Below are positions 24,612 to 36,288 of a stretch of 64,000 nt of DNA, one piece after another. The position numbers and the translations under genes are program-made. The first letter of the stretch is position 1. Each line of letters opens with the position of its first letter. This DNA comes from Octopus sinensis (lineage: Eukaryota): NCBI RefSeq assembly GCF_006345805.1, contig NC_043010.1, positions 47,988,001 through 48,052,000 on the forward strand, given 5' to 3'. The notes beneath the pieces were generated by a model that was given only the letters and a program-made list of their open reading frames with translations, was not told the DNA's origin and ran no database searches.

Positions 24612-25539
24612 CTAGCGTAAAAGCCGCACTCTGAACGGTCCTTTAAGCTAACTCCTGCGTAGAGCTAATTGGGCCTGCGGCACCGAACTAAAGAGAACAA
24701 TGATAACAAAGCTCTTATTGGTAACCTACCAATATGGTATTACTTTAAATTCAATTTAAATGAACTACTTGTTAGTTCACAGCTTTTTGGAGTTCTTTTA
24801 AAATTAAATAGAATGTGTGTGTGTGTGTGTATATAAATATATATATACACATGATAGATCGTTAGCCACTACACACATTTTTCTCTCTCCTTGTTTTTTC
24901 TGTGTCCCTTTCTGTAGAAGAGCGTAGGCTCGAAACGTAAAAGACTTTTTCTATTCCTGAGCGTTATACTAATACATCTGTTTGTTTTGTACACCACCTG
25001 TCTTCATCTTTTGTTTTTTTTCGTAAACTCTCCCTATATATATATATATATATATATTGTGACTTTATGTCTGTGTACCCTCCACCGCTCGATAACTGGT
25101 GTGTTTACGCTCACGTAATTTGGTGGTTTGGTAAAAAAAAAAGACCAATAAAAATGGTACCTGGCACAAAAAAAGGATAGAACTGGTGCTGATTTGTTCA
25201 ATTACAATTCTTCATGGCGGTGTCCCTGCGAGTCTGCAGTCTGATGACAGAAAAAGATAAAAGAACAACTAAATTTGTAAGTAAAACTTTAAGCTAAGGG
25301 AGGCAACACTTGTACTTTGGCATTGAAACCTCTCGCGCTTTACTTGCTAAAAATAGTAACCCAAATGCTTTTAAATCAAATCCTAATGCTGGATGTTCAG
25401 GAACCAAATGAGGGCAGATTTTCAATCCCAAGATCATCCTGATTCCAAAAAGGTATAATATGTCTATGTTGAGCAAATGTAGACTGAGATACAGGGGTCT
25501 CAGACGGACAGACAGAATTTCACTTTTATTTATATAGAT
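24612..25539 (-). mobile_element. Helitron-like non-autonomous element with nested insertions
   Basis: rc 5' end A|TCTATATAAATAAAAGTGAAATTCTGTCTGTCCGTCTG at ~25539; rc 3' hairpin plus CTAG|T at ~24612. Confidence 0.55.
24908..24943 (+). ncRNA. minimal type-I hammerhead-like motif in a Penelope-type solo repeat (~24855-25035) between (TA)n tracts
   Basis: CTTT-CTGTAGA-A-GAGC(gtag)GCTC-GAAA-CG-TA-AAAG. All three stems are present; the core has A6->U. Confidence 0.6.
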
Positions 25540-25821
25540 TACAAATTCAATTTACATTAGTGCCATATATCTTTATCCCAATTGTATTAAGTTTACATTA
25601 TTTTGGATCTTGCATTTTGAATAGAAATACACAGTTTGCATGTCTAATTTGAGTAATACTAATGTTAGTTATAGTATGGTCAGTGTGGCAGCAAACCCAA
25701 TGACAAAGACCACCAGACGCCACTGATACATACATACATACATACATACGTACATAAATGACGGGCCTTTTTTCAGTTTCCGTCTACCAAATTCACTCAC
25801 AAGGGTTTGGTCAGCTGAGGG

Positions 25822-26274
25822 TGTAGTGACCCATGGCGGTCAAGCAGGAAAACAAAACGAAAAAGGGATCTAACGAGAGTAATCTCCCTCGACCTTCTTG
25901 AAAATTCTCGGATATTCTAGGAACTTTCAATTAACTTCCTGATAACGTGGAAGTCAGGGACATCCTGTTCATCCCTTATATAAAACGAACGCAATTCTAA
26001 TTTCGCGTCCCTTTTGCCTGTTGGTTCCTAAGCGTACGCATTGAACCACGCCACTCACGCGCGCATATTCGCCTCATTTGCTTTGAGACATGTGGTTGCA
26101 AAGTATGTTCATGTAATATGTTACAAGCGTTTTCTTTCAAACAATTCTTATATGTCAATGCATTACATCAAGTAATAAATATGTTATGACTTATTAGGAA
26201 CGTCTCACAATGTCTCTTTCTTGTTTTACATACAAGATGGTGACCCCTCTTTCTCACATGCTGACATCACAACA
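25822..26274 (+). mobile_element. solo LTR (Gypsy-like), 453 bp, inserted into a family A SINE
   Basis: TGTAGTGA...TCACAACA termini; exact 4-bp TSD AGGG (25818-21 / 26275-78); TATATAAAA ~25977 and AATAAA ~26174; SINE sequence resumes on both sides. Confidence 0.85.
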
Positions 26275-27019
26275 AGGGCTACAGTCTTAGATGACTTCCA
26301 AGGTGACACGCAGGGGTCCTGAAAACGGTCTTATTACACGGTCACGTTTATGCTCTTTTTAATTCTTAGCCCCAAAATCTTACGTCATTTTTTTTCTCTA
26401 ACAGAAATATGCGAGTGTTGAATTTATAAGCATAATTATTAATCATTCCGGATCTTTTCTCTTCGGCCCCTCCTGTAGGAATTTTAAAGTCTAATGAAAA
26501 TTTTGTGTATTGAAGTATTGGTAGCCAAAGAGAAAAGATCCATTATTCCATAACATTTTAGGTTTTGTGCGTGCGTGTGTGTATGTGTGCATGCGTGCGT
26601 GTGTGCGCGCGCTACTTGTCGGCAGTTTGGATTTGTACGACCGAAGGCTGCTCTCTCGACTGGACCTGTCGGAAATGTAAGAAACTTATAGGGACGCTCG
26701 GGGATATATTAGTTTCCAAAAATGTCCAGGAAATGTTTCTTTTCAAGAGAGACCCTCGTACTGGTGGAGTGCAGCCGCTGGGCGAGGTTGGGCCGGGTCT
26801 CTGGTGAATTGCTTCGGAGACTGTAATGTTGGGTAGTCAGAGCCCTGAGGTTCTGACAAGGAAAAGCAGGTTCGTAGAATCTACAAGGAGGTTGAGAGTC
26901 GTCTTCACACTTCTGACTCACAGAGCGCTGCAACAGTTTATGCCCTCATACATAACCCGCTAGTTGGTAGACCAGTGCGCGCGCATAGCTTAGAGAGGAC
27001 AGTGCTATAGGAGATTATC

Positions 27020-27600
27020 TCTCTATATATAAACGGCAAAACATCTGTGTGTGTATCCTTTATACAAATCCACAATTTTTCAGTTAGAGGGCTTTCACTT
27101 TCTATGGTCATTCAAAACCGTCCAAGGCTGGTCATGCACATCTTTACATTTCCCCAGTCACCCCGCAAAGCCATTAAAAAAAATCGATAAACCGATCCCT
27201 TATATTTCAGGTAACAAGTCTTTAACACAAGGGACGTGACTCACTCCAGCAGTTTAATCTAAAGATATTTAAACCATTGCAAGGGAAATAACTCTTTATA
27301 TATATATATATATATATATAAACACACACGCACATATATATATATTATAGCCTCAGTTTTGAGTGGGTTTTGTGTTTGTGTGTGTGTGTTTATACCCCCA
27401 CCATTGATTGGCAACTGATGTTGCAGTGTTTACATTCCCATAGATTTGCAGTTCGGTAAAATACACTGTTAGAATAAGTACTAGGCTTACAAAGAATAAA
27501 TCCTGTAGTTGATTTTTTCCAGCATGGCCGCAGTCACAAGTAAAACAATGAAAAAAACTATGCCATTTTAATCCCGAGCAAGGCCGGGTATCTCTGCTAG
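27020..27600 (+). mobile_element. Helitron-like non-autonomous element with a nested SINE
   Basis: 5' TCTATATATATAAACGGCAAAA; 3' hairpin CCCGAGCAAGGCCGGG then CTAG|T; body similar to 51380-51702 and 51888-52300. Confidence 0.7.
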
Positions 27601-27644
27601 TATACTATAATTAAAATAGTTATTAGAACGGTATATTGGAAGAA

Positions 27645-27850
27645 AGGCGGCGAGCTGGCAGAAACGTTAGCACGCCGGACGAAATGCCGTTACGTTGTGA
27701 GTTCAAATTCCGCCGAGGTCGACTTTGCCTTTCATCCTTTCGGGGTCAATTAAATAAGTACCAGTTACGCACTGGGGTCGATAAAATCGACTTAATACCT
27801 ATGTCTGTCCCCTCTATGTTTAGCCCCTTGTGTGTAATAAAGAAATAGGT
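27645..27850 (+). mobile_element. SINE family B
   Basis: Near-identical (rc) to 53085-53325 and 59635-59870. Confidence 0.85.
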
Positions 27851-28179
27851 ATATTGGAAGAAAGGGTGGAATATCATAATAAAATATATTGGGCGATCTT
27901 TCGTATTACAGTTGCAGTCTGCCTTCCCACGCCCTCATCTTCTGCTCCCCACCCAGTTTTGCAAGTCCACCCATCTACTTTACTCGCCTCGTGCCTTGAT
28001 GGGTCATCTGGACACTTAATCCCCACTATTTATCTCTTCACAATTCTTACTGATAATTCCCCCCCACCTCCTCCTATATGAGTAGTCATGTTGTTTTCTA
28101 CTAGAACCTGCTCTTCTCCATTCTCTCATCCCCTAGCATAAAACCGACTGCCACTCCTTCGGGTTACTTAGTCATGCGA

Positions 28180-28355
28180 GAAAAGCACTCAGTACACGTT
28201 GTAAAGTGGTTGGCGTTAGGAAGGGTATCCAGCTATAGAAATTTTACAAAAGCAGGCACTGAAACACGATACAGTCCTTGGAGCCATCGAATCTTGTGAA
28301 ACCATCCAACCCATACCAGATTGGAACATGGACGTTAAAGGACGACGACGACGAA
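28180..28355 (+). mobile_element. SINE family C 3' part
   Basis: GTGGTTGGCGTTAGGAAGGG...CCAACCCAT...GGACGTTAAA(GAC)n. Confidence 0.7.
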
Positions 28356-30774
28356 GAAATGCGAACAACGAAGTCAAAAGAAATTACTATCCTATGTATT
28401 GTCGATTATTAACTATTGTGATTTTCTTTCACTTTTATTCATTCCACTTACATTCATTTTGTTTCTGACATTTTTTGATGTACATAAGGCAAAAGATTGT
28501 TATACCTTGTATTATGTAGCTATAGCTCTTTGCGATCAAATTCCACAGCCACTTACTTTTTATTTTAAAATCGTAGTCAGTGTACAAAAATGTTGTTGGT
28601 TACATGTCTCCAAAAGCTAATCACTGATTAACGCATTCCTAACAGCGAAAATGACAATAGCGTGTCTATAAGTCGATGCTGAACAAATATCTGAGTGACT
28701 TCATAAAGTACCAGGTTTTTCGTCAAAATGCATACCTCAGATCTTGTTAAATTTCTTCCACCACTTGAAACTTACCTTGGTGTAGTTTTGCATGCGATTT
28801 TCGCATTCATTTAGATATTCATAATAAAGTCACAAGCATTTTAAGTTACGTAATTTTAGCCAATCGAAAACGTCCATTGTTAACATATCGTCTGTGCTGA
28901 TCTCCATGGCAATAGAGTTCGGTGCACATACGAAACCTTTACATGGTTTCTCGACATGGTAGAAATAGCAGCTAAATCTTCCTTTAACTACATCACAAGG
29001 TCCAAAAAACAAAGAGGACGGACCATTGTGTCACAGCACTATACATTTCCTCGCTTGAGGCAGATCCGAGTGCTATTAATATCTAAGTTAAAGTCAATTT
29101 CCACGGATGTAATCTTTTATCGATCTTACAATCCTCGGAACATTAATTGGGCACAACAGATCAATATTAAGTGTATTTTTTTTTTCTCATGATAAAATTA
29201 GCAAAGTTTGGCGGTGGAGAAAGAATTACCAATTCTTTCATTACCACAAACTCTGAAATGACGTACACATACATATACACAACAGGCTTCCACACAGTTT
29301 GTGTTTAACAGATTCCACCCATAGAGTATTGATTGATTAGTCAATCCAAGGCTAGGGCAGAAAATACTAGCTCGAGATCCTGTGCTGTGGAATCGAACAT
29401 CTCAAAATTGCAGTCTTCGGAGACCATTTTTAACAGTAACTCTATTCAAAATTACTTATTGATGAAAGAGGAAATCTGGCAAAGAGGACTTTGGTATACA
29501 TTTTTAGTAAAGATAAGGCTTCTAAAAATATCATTTATAACTAGGTTCGTAGCTACTTCCTATCGCTTCTGAAAAACTTTTTCACAACAAATTCCGATAT
29601 AATTGGAATCTACACCATCTGAAAGGAATTTGTAGAAAATTTCATAAAAAAATATCAATTTTTTTTTCTGAAAGTTATAAGGAAACCAAATCGGAGGAGG
29701 GGCACACTTGTGTAGATATGACATTTACAAGAAATTAACGCACTTTTATTCAGAACAGTATTCAATCGAATAAATAACTAGGATCTTTCTGTTGGTCAAA
29801 AGGTAAAGATCCAATAACTAATTACAGAATATGTTTTCAAGGGCAAATTTTTATAATTATACCCGTCTCACATTGAATGTGAAAAACATTCTTTTATGGG
29901 TTTTGAATATGACCACCCTAACCATCGGAAATCACTCATTCCTTAGATAAACCCCTCTCTGCGGGTAAAAACAGATGTATAATAGTAAAATTTATCTTTA
30001 AAACGAAAACGTCTGAAAATTAATGAAGATAAAAATCGACTATCGCGTGTTACGTTCCAACCCCCGCCCGCGATAGGTGAAAATCCGCGAAGTAGGAACA
30101 GTCCTGTATATTTTCAGAATTTTTTATAATTTGCATATAATTACGAATGATCGCCTCATTTTGTTATAAATGCAAAACAACACCACGAAGGGATCGACGT
30201 AAGCTTAAATAATAAACCGCGATATAGCGAGGGATTACTGTATTATAGACTTGGATTTCTGGCAAAAAATTATTGAAAGTATTTACCAGATTAATTTACG
30301 GGCCTACCTAAACTTACGCCCTTTGGAAATACGTTTTTCGATTTTAGCTGTTCTTTAAAGAAATTAATGGAAAAAAGAAAACTAATCCTCAACTTCACTC
30401 AATTTATCCAACTTTGCATTAGTCGCAGCGAACATTTTCAAAGCCATTAAAAATGTATTAATACCCCAAAACCCCAAATCAAGTACGGCGAAAGTAAAGA
30501 ATACGTACACCCGTTGTTTAGGGTTAGGGTTTCTGTTACGCCGAAAACGGGTGGTGCACGTATTCTTTATCTCCGCCATTAAATACATGTGAAAGTATGT
30601 ACAAAATAATTTATTAAAATAGATATAAGCTAACAATTTTTTGAAAAAAAATTACGTTGTTCCTCGAGTTAAGTCGCATGTCATGGAACCAACTACCGAC
30701 GTAAGTTGAGGTGTACCCGTAATTTGTTTTATATTCACCGCGCTTAATATGTTGAAAACGAGGCTCTAATAAAA

Positions 30775-30830
30775 TATTTACTTTCCGGTTTTACACGAAC
30801 ACAACCGAAGCGGCAAATATAAACAAGGAA
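30775..30830 (+). promoter_or_regulatory. probable SFR1 promoter region
   Basis: CpG-containing stretch with an ETS-like TTCCGGT motif (~30783-30789) about 200 bp upstream of the ATG. Confidence 0.35.
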
Positions 30831-30992
30831 AAGTTATACTGAATCGCTTATTATTGCTATGATTTCAATGAATAATGTTAAGCAATAAAATTCCAAAAAC
30901 TTTTAATGAATTGTTTTGGGTTGACAGAATCTACAAATAAATCATTCGTTCGTGCGACTGAGTGTTAATATTTATTTTTAAGCGTAGCAAAT

Positions 30993-31037
30993 ATGGATGA
31001 ACAGAAAACTGTTCAAACTCCGAAAGGATCATCTAAA
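30993..31037 (+). CDS. SFR1: SFR1 exon 1 (MDEQKTVQTPKGSSK)
   Basis: AATATGG start context; consensus donor AAA|gtaagt; phase 0 matches exon 2. Confidence 0.8.
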
Positions 31038-32046
31038 GTAAGTATTGCTTTTGTTTTTCATTGAATGTATATAAAAATTGGATAACTATCGCCTCAGTAA
31101 TTTCCCTACAGTAATTTCTTCAGACTTTTTAAAAATATTTTTTCTTCCTGTCATGAACAAGCTGCATTAAACTAAAAACAACGTGATTTAGATTTTGAAA
31201 ATAAGAAAAATTAAATGCTTGTACAATATTAAAGCTGTTTATATCAATGAGCTATTTAGAATACTTTGCATTGTGTAATTTCTGTCTCATTATTTTGAGT
31301 TTGAGGTGCACTGAGATTAATTTTTGCGAAGAATGCCATGAAAGATGTTTTTTTTCTTTATTTCTAATGTCTGGATGTTGATAGTTTACTTAGTTAAAGC
31401 TAATATTATCGCCTGACTCCCACCCACCTAATAAAAAAAACGTTGATTGAATTAAAATTAGACACTGAAGTCGATCCATTTGACAACATACCTATATAAC
31501 AACTGATTTTTTTTTGTTTGTGTTTTTGAGTTTATTAAAATATTTTTACAGGAAGAAAAGCAAGTTGTTTATAATACAAATGGTAAATGTCTCGAGCTAG
31601 TGTACAACCTTATTTTGTATCGCAGTCAAGGCTAATTCCTAAGTCGATATGATAAATATCAGTCTTCTTAAATTAGTCGTTGCCGTTTTCAAATGCAAGA
31701 GACACACTGGATAATGTATCTCTAGATGCGCAGTGTTTGAAAGAAGCTACTGAATTATCATGGCTAGATGGCTCATGATGGTAGGTCTGCCACTATGGCA
31801 GATATCCACATGTATCTTGTCGGTTGATATGTATATAATGCATGTATGTGGTAGTGTGTGATTTGAAGGAGATTTGGTTGCTTTTCCTGACAAGTCAAAC
31901 AACCATGTAGAAGTTCCATTTTCACTGTATCGAGATGATATGTAGTCAAACTTCAGTGTAATTTAAACTTGAAATGAAGATTCTAGTTCGGCTCTCTACT
32001 ATTTATCTGAAATCTTCATTTGACATGTGCTTTGTAGATTCCATCT

Positions 32047-32812
32047 ATAATAATAATAATAATAATTGTGTACAGTGCTCAGGTGCACTACAACTCATCT
32101 AAAGTGTATATATAATCAGGTGTAGTTTCGGCGGATTTCGGAAAGCATGAGGGCCTTAAAAGATGCAGTGTCATGGCAGTCAACAACTGACGCAGGCAGT
32201 TTATTCCATGCTTCAGCAACTCTGAGCGTGAAAAAATGTTTCCGAAAGTCATGGGAGCTGTATTGTTTTCTGACTTTGTAGGCATGTCCACGTGTGTTAG
32301 ACACATGGAGATCAAAAAGGTGTTCAGTGTTGTTGTTGGTGAGGTGGTTGATAACTTTGTGGGTGTTTACCAAGTCCGTCGCCAAACGCCGGAGCTTCAG
32401 TGAATCCATGCCCAGGGAAACAAGGCGCTCAGAATATGGTAGGTGTCTGATGGAGGGTATGCGTTTGGTTGCACGTCTCTGGACAGATTCCAGGAGGTCA
32501 ATGTTCTGTGCAAGATAGGGGTTCCAAACTGATGATGCGAATTCCAAGTGTGGTCGTACCATAGCTGTATACAGTTTTAAATAGATGGCTGGAGAGCGGC
32601 TAACAAAAGACCTGCTGAGTGATGCCAAGACACCCTCGGCCTTCCTGACAATCTTAGAGATATGCTTTGACCAACGCAAATCACTGCTGACAGTGATGCC
32701 TAGGTCACGCTCGCAAGAGGATTTCTTGATATCAGTGTTGTGGAGGGAGTAAGTGAATGCAGGGTTTTTTCTCCCAAAATGCATGGTGGTACACTTGTCC
32801 ACAGCCAGTCTG
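32047..32812 (-). mobile_element. CR1-type LINE, 5'-truncated 3' fragment (RT C-terminal region), in SFR1 intron 1
   Basis: ORF 32116-32847 has KC..MHFG..N, ERDLG, LY..MVRPHLE.A..VW.P, LE.VQRRATK, TRGH..K and FF..RV...WN.LP; (TTA)n 3' tail. Confidence 0.92.
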
Positions 32813-34493
32813 TGATCCATTGCTGCATTGTGTTTGTTCTCAACCACTTTTTACCTATGAACTGCTTCGATTCTTATTTTTACTCCGGACTCTCGTAACA
32901 ATTCGGTTTCCATGCTGGCATAGGTTTGTCGGTTTGACTGAAACTGGTAAGCCAGAGTTGCACCAGGCTCCCGTCTGTTTTGGCTCAGTTTCTATGGCTG
33001 GATACCGTTCCAAATGCCAACTACTCCACTGTGTACTGAGTGCCTTTTATATGTCACCGGCACTAATTGTGAATACGACTTCACTGAGCTTGACGTGTCT
33101 TCTCAAGCGCAGCAAATAGCCAACAGATTTAGTTGTCATTACCTCTGTGGGACTCAGCATCCGAAGATCATATTTCATCACCTCATCCCACGTCTTCTTG
33201 GGTCTACCTCTTCCAACAAATTCCCTCCACCTTTGGTTTTTTAAAAATTTCTTTTCGTGGTAAGGATGTTGGCCCTATGCAAACCTATTTTTACCTCTAG
33301 AAAGAAGTGCTCCATGGCCTCTATCCTTTGACTTGTTAGTACTCTGCTGGCATTGATATCAGTTCATTGAGGCATACAAACCATCATACCACAATAAGGA
33401 CTGTACCTTGTGATGGTTTTCATCTTCTTGACATCAATAATAGAAGCTGTCTAGGGCAATGAATTGGCAGAAATTGTTAAAGCATTAAATGAGATGCCTT
33501 GTATAATTCCAGCTTTCACATTCTGAATTCTTAGCTGGTTGAGTTAATCCATTACTTGACTTAACCCTACCGTCCATTCTTTGGATGCCTTTAGCAGAGT
33601 TCTTTTGCAAGCATTTGGGGTAGGTCTTCAGTTTCAGGACAACTTCTTTCTTTTCTCTCACCAGTCCTGAAAAATAAAAGGCAAGTCATGACACATGCAT
33701 GGTTGTGTGTAAGAAGTTTGCTTCCATAGTTCTGGGTTCAATCCCACTGTGTGGTACCTTGGACAAGTGTCTTCTGCTATAGCCCTAGGCCAATCAAAAC
33801 CTTGTCAGTAGATTTGATAGATGGAAACTACTATATGTATGCAGATATATTTAAAAAATACCAGGGATGGAAAAGGTAAATAAAGACTACATCTGTTTCA
33901 TAGCTAAACTTTGTCTTATATAATTTGTAACACATGAAACCTGTTTAGCTAATCCTCAGGTCCAGTTACCTTTTTGTCATCTGTACTAGCTGTGTTACAT
34001 GATGCTTACTAACTTCCTGTACCCAGATCTTTTCAGATTGCGCTAGCCGATAACTGTGTGTGCGTATGTGTGTATATATATATATCAGTGTTGTGTCTTC
34101 TTGTCTTGACACCGTGTGACGGTTGTAAATGATTATCATTGTTATACAAGCAGTGTTATTTATTTCCACTACTCTGCATGAACATGTCTGGCCATGGGGA
34201 AATGTTACCTTGCTTGGAAATAGGTGAGGGTTAGCAACAGGAGCAGCATCCAGCTGTGGAAAATCTGCTTCAGTAAACTCCATCCACCCCATGCAACATG
34301 AAAAAGTTGATGTTAAAATGGGGACAATCAGGTCATGGATTCTACCCCTTTCTCCTTGACTAAGTGGAAAGAAAAGATTTTTGTTTAATACTAGTATAGT
34401 CTTTCTTTCAGGATGGTATGAAAGAAAAGAAAATATTTGAACTTTAACCACCAACAATTGTGTATTTTATTTTATTTTCATTTCTTTATTCAG

Positions 34494-35183
34494 CTGAGTT
34501 CATCTCTGAAAGAACGTCTGAAGAAATGTGGACGCTATTATTCCCCAGCTGTTTTAAAGAATGCCAGCAACCCTCTTAATCAAACCCAGCCTTGTACACC
34601 TGATGCTAAAGCAACAGCATTTTCAACAAGGTCTTTAAACTGTATCACTCCAAGTTCTGCAGGTAGCCCTCAACTTAACCAAAGAACTCCTGTAGAAAAT
34701 TATCCCTCATCATTGCTACTTACTCCAAACTCATCCAAATTCCACAGACATCAGCTTCAAGAAGCAAGTTCACTTCTAACTCCAGTTTTGCGGAAGAAAA
34801 ACTTCCAAGGACAGCAGGATCTGAGAACTCCCAAAGCCAAGCGAATATGTTTGGCATCACCAACTTCAGAGGTTCCTGTTGCTTCTTCTGGACAAGAAGG
34901 CCAATGTCTGGGAGCAACAGGTACAGATACTAATAAGGTCTGTGATATTTTAGGAGAAGGAAATGACAAAGCTAATGAGAAATTAGCAGTGAATAGTCTT
35001 TTAGTGGACCATGAAAAAGACGATAGTCGAAATGACTCTGATGACAAGTTGGCTGTGATAACTGGGAATTGTGAAAGTTCCAACTTAGAACTCCGAAGGA
35101 GGAAATCTTATTTAGAGAAATTACTAAAAGAAAAAAGAGAGCACTTGAGAAAACTTAATATGGTGAAACTGTACAGATCAAAG
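34494..35183 (+). CDS. SFR1: SFR1 exon 2 (LSSSLKERLKK...S/TP-rich...EHLRKLNMVKLYRSK)
   Basis: N-terminal SxxLxERLxK motif and coiled coil LRKLxMVKxYRSK of the Mei5/Sfr1 family; cag|...|gtaaag; 690 nt. Confidence 0.92.
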
Positions 35184-35935
35184 GTAAAGGCATCCTATTT
35201 TTATATACCTTTTTGTCAAAAAGGAAGGGCGACAGATATGTTATCTATTAATAGAGGTAGATCTTGCTGTATTTTGGGACTAGTTGCAGTTCTGAGATTA
35301 TCTCTACTTTTATGATACAAAACCTCTTGTTTTAAAATGTTCACAGTTAACTTGAAATTTTTTATCATAATGTGAGAATGTGCTGTTAAGTTACTTTCCA
35401 AACACCATTAAAACCTTCCAAATTCTTAGTTATTTTTAATATTTATGAAAACTTATACGTATTGTATTTCATTAGAAATGTAATCATAAATTCCGATTTT
35501 TGGCAATTTTCCGGAATTTTCCGTAATCTCCGTATCCGAATTTTTTTTAAAAACAATAATTTGCGAGAAAATGGGTGTGGGGAGGAAGTCTTTCCCTTTC
35601 TGCATGCTTTCGCAAGTGAGAAAACTACCGAAGTTGTGAGGTTTCATCTCTGCAAACATGTGTGATACTTTAACTATTGCAACCAAAGGTCCACTATTTA
35701 TTTGTGGTCTCGAGAAACTTGGAAAGTTGGTTCCAAAGTCAGCCACATTCTCTCTTTTCAAATTATCTGTATCAGGCAGCAAGACATGGAATTGGCGGAG
35801 ATGATACTGGACGTACGAGTTGCCAGAGACTTGATTAGAGTTCGGCAAGTAAAACTGCGTGTGACCTCAACTCTGATATTTCTGTCTGGGTTGTTTCCCC
35901 TTAGCTTTCAGACATCCTCGGCATTTTATTTTTAT

Positions 35936-36288
35936 TGTTATTATTATTATTATTATTGTTGTTCAGGTCACTGCTTGGAATCGAACTCTGGATCTTGGGG
36001 TTTAGTAACCTGCGCTCTTAACCACTACGCCATATGCTCGTGGCCTAGTGGTTAAGAGCATGGGCTACTAACCGAGTTCTATTCCAAGCAGTGACCTGAA
36101 CAACAACAGTAATAATAATAATAACATCGAAAAATACCTTAGGAATGAGAACCCAGGTTCGAAATTTCCCCGAGACACCTGAAGAAGGCTGGAGGTTATA
36201 TCAGCCGAAACGTTGTGTTAACAACAAACAAGCTGAAGACATATGTCCATCTAATGTAAATAATTCCTCATCTCTTAAATATAGAACT
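35936..36288. mobile_element. palindromic tRNA-headed element with a Penelope-type tail, in SFR1 intron 2
   Basis: Inverted arms 35936-36032 / 36041-36125, each with an A box (TGGC.TAGTGG) and B box (GAGTTC.ATTCC), followed by a hammerhead-bearing tail. Confidence 0.75.
36174..36219 (+). ncRNA. minimal type-I hammerhead ribozyme motif
   Basis: GACAC-CTGAAGA-A-GGCTG(gaggttatat)CAGCC-GAAA-CG-TT-GTGTT. Intact core, stems I and II, palindromic stem III; predicted cleavage after 36214. Confidence 0.75.

Noticed and set aside
26617-27010. Second solo LTR
   Set aside because: TGTC...GACA ends are possible but there is no target-site duplication; left unclassified.
34720-35083. Antisense ORFs overlapping SFR1 exon 2
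   Set aside because: Shadow frames of a real coding exon.
35975-36090. Functional tRNA genes
   Set aside because: A and B boxes are present but there is no acceptor-stem pairing, and the right copy lacks part of the variable region; these are SINE heads.
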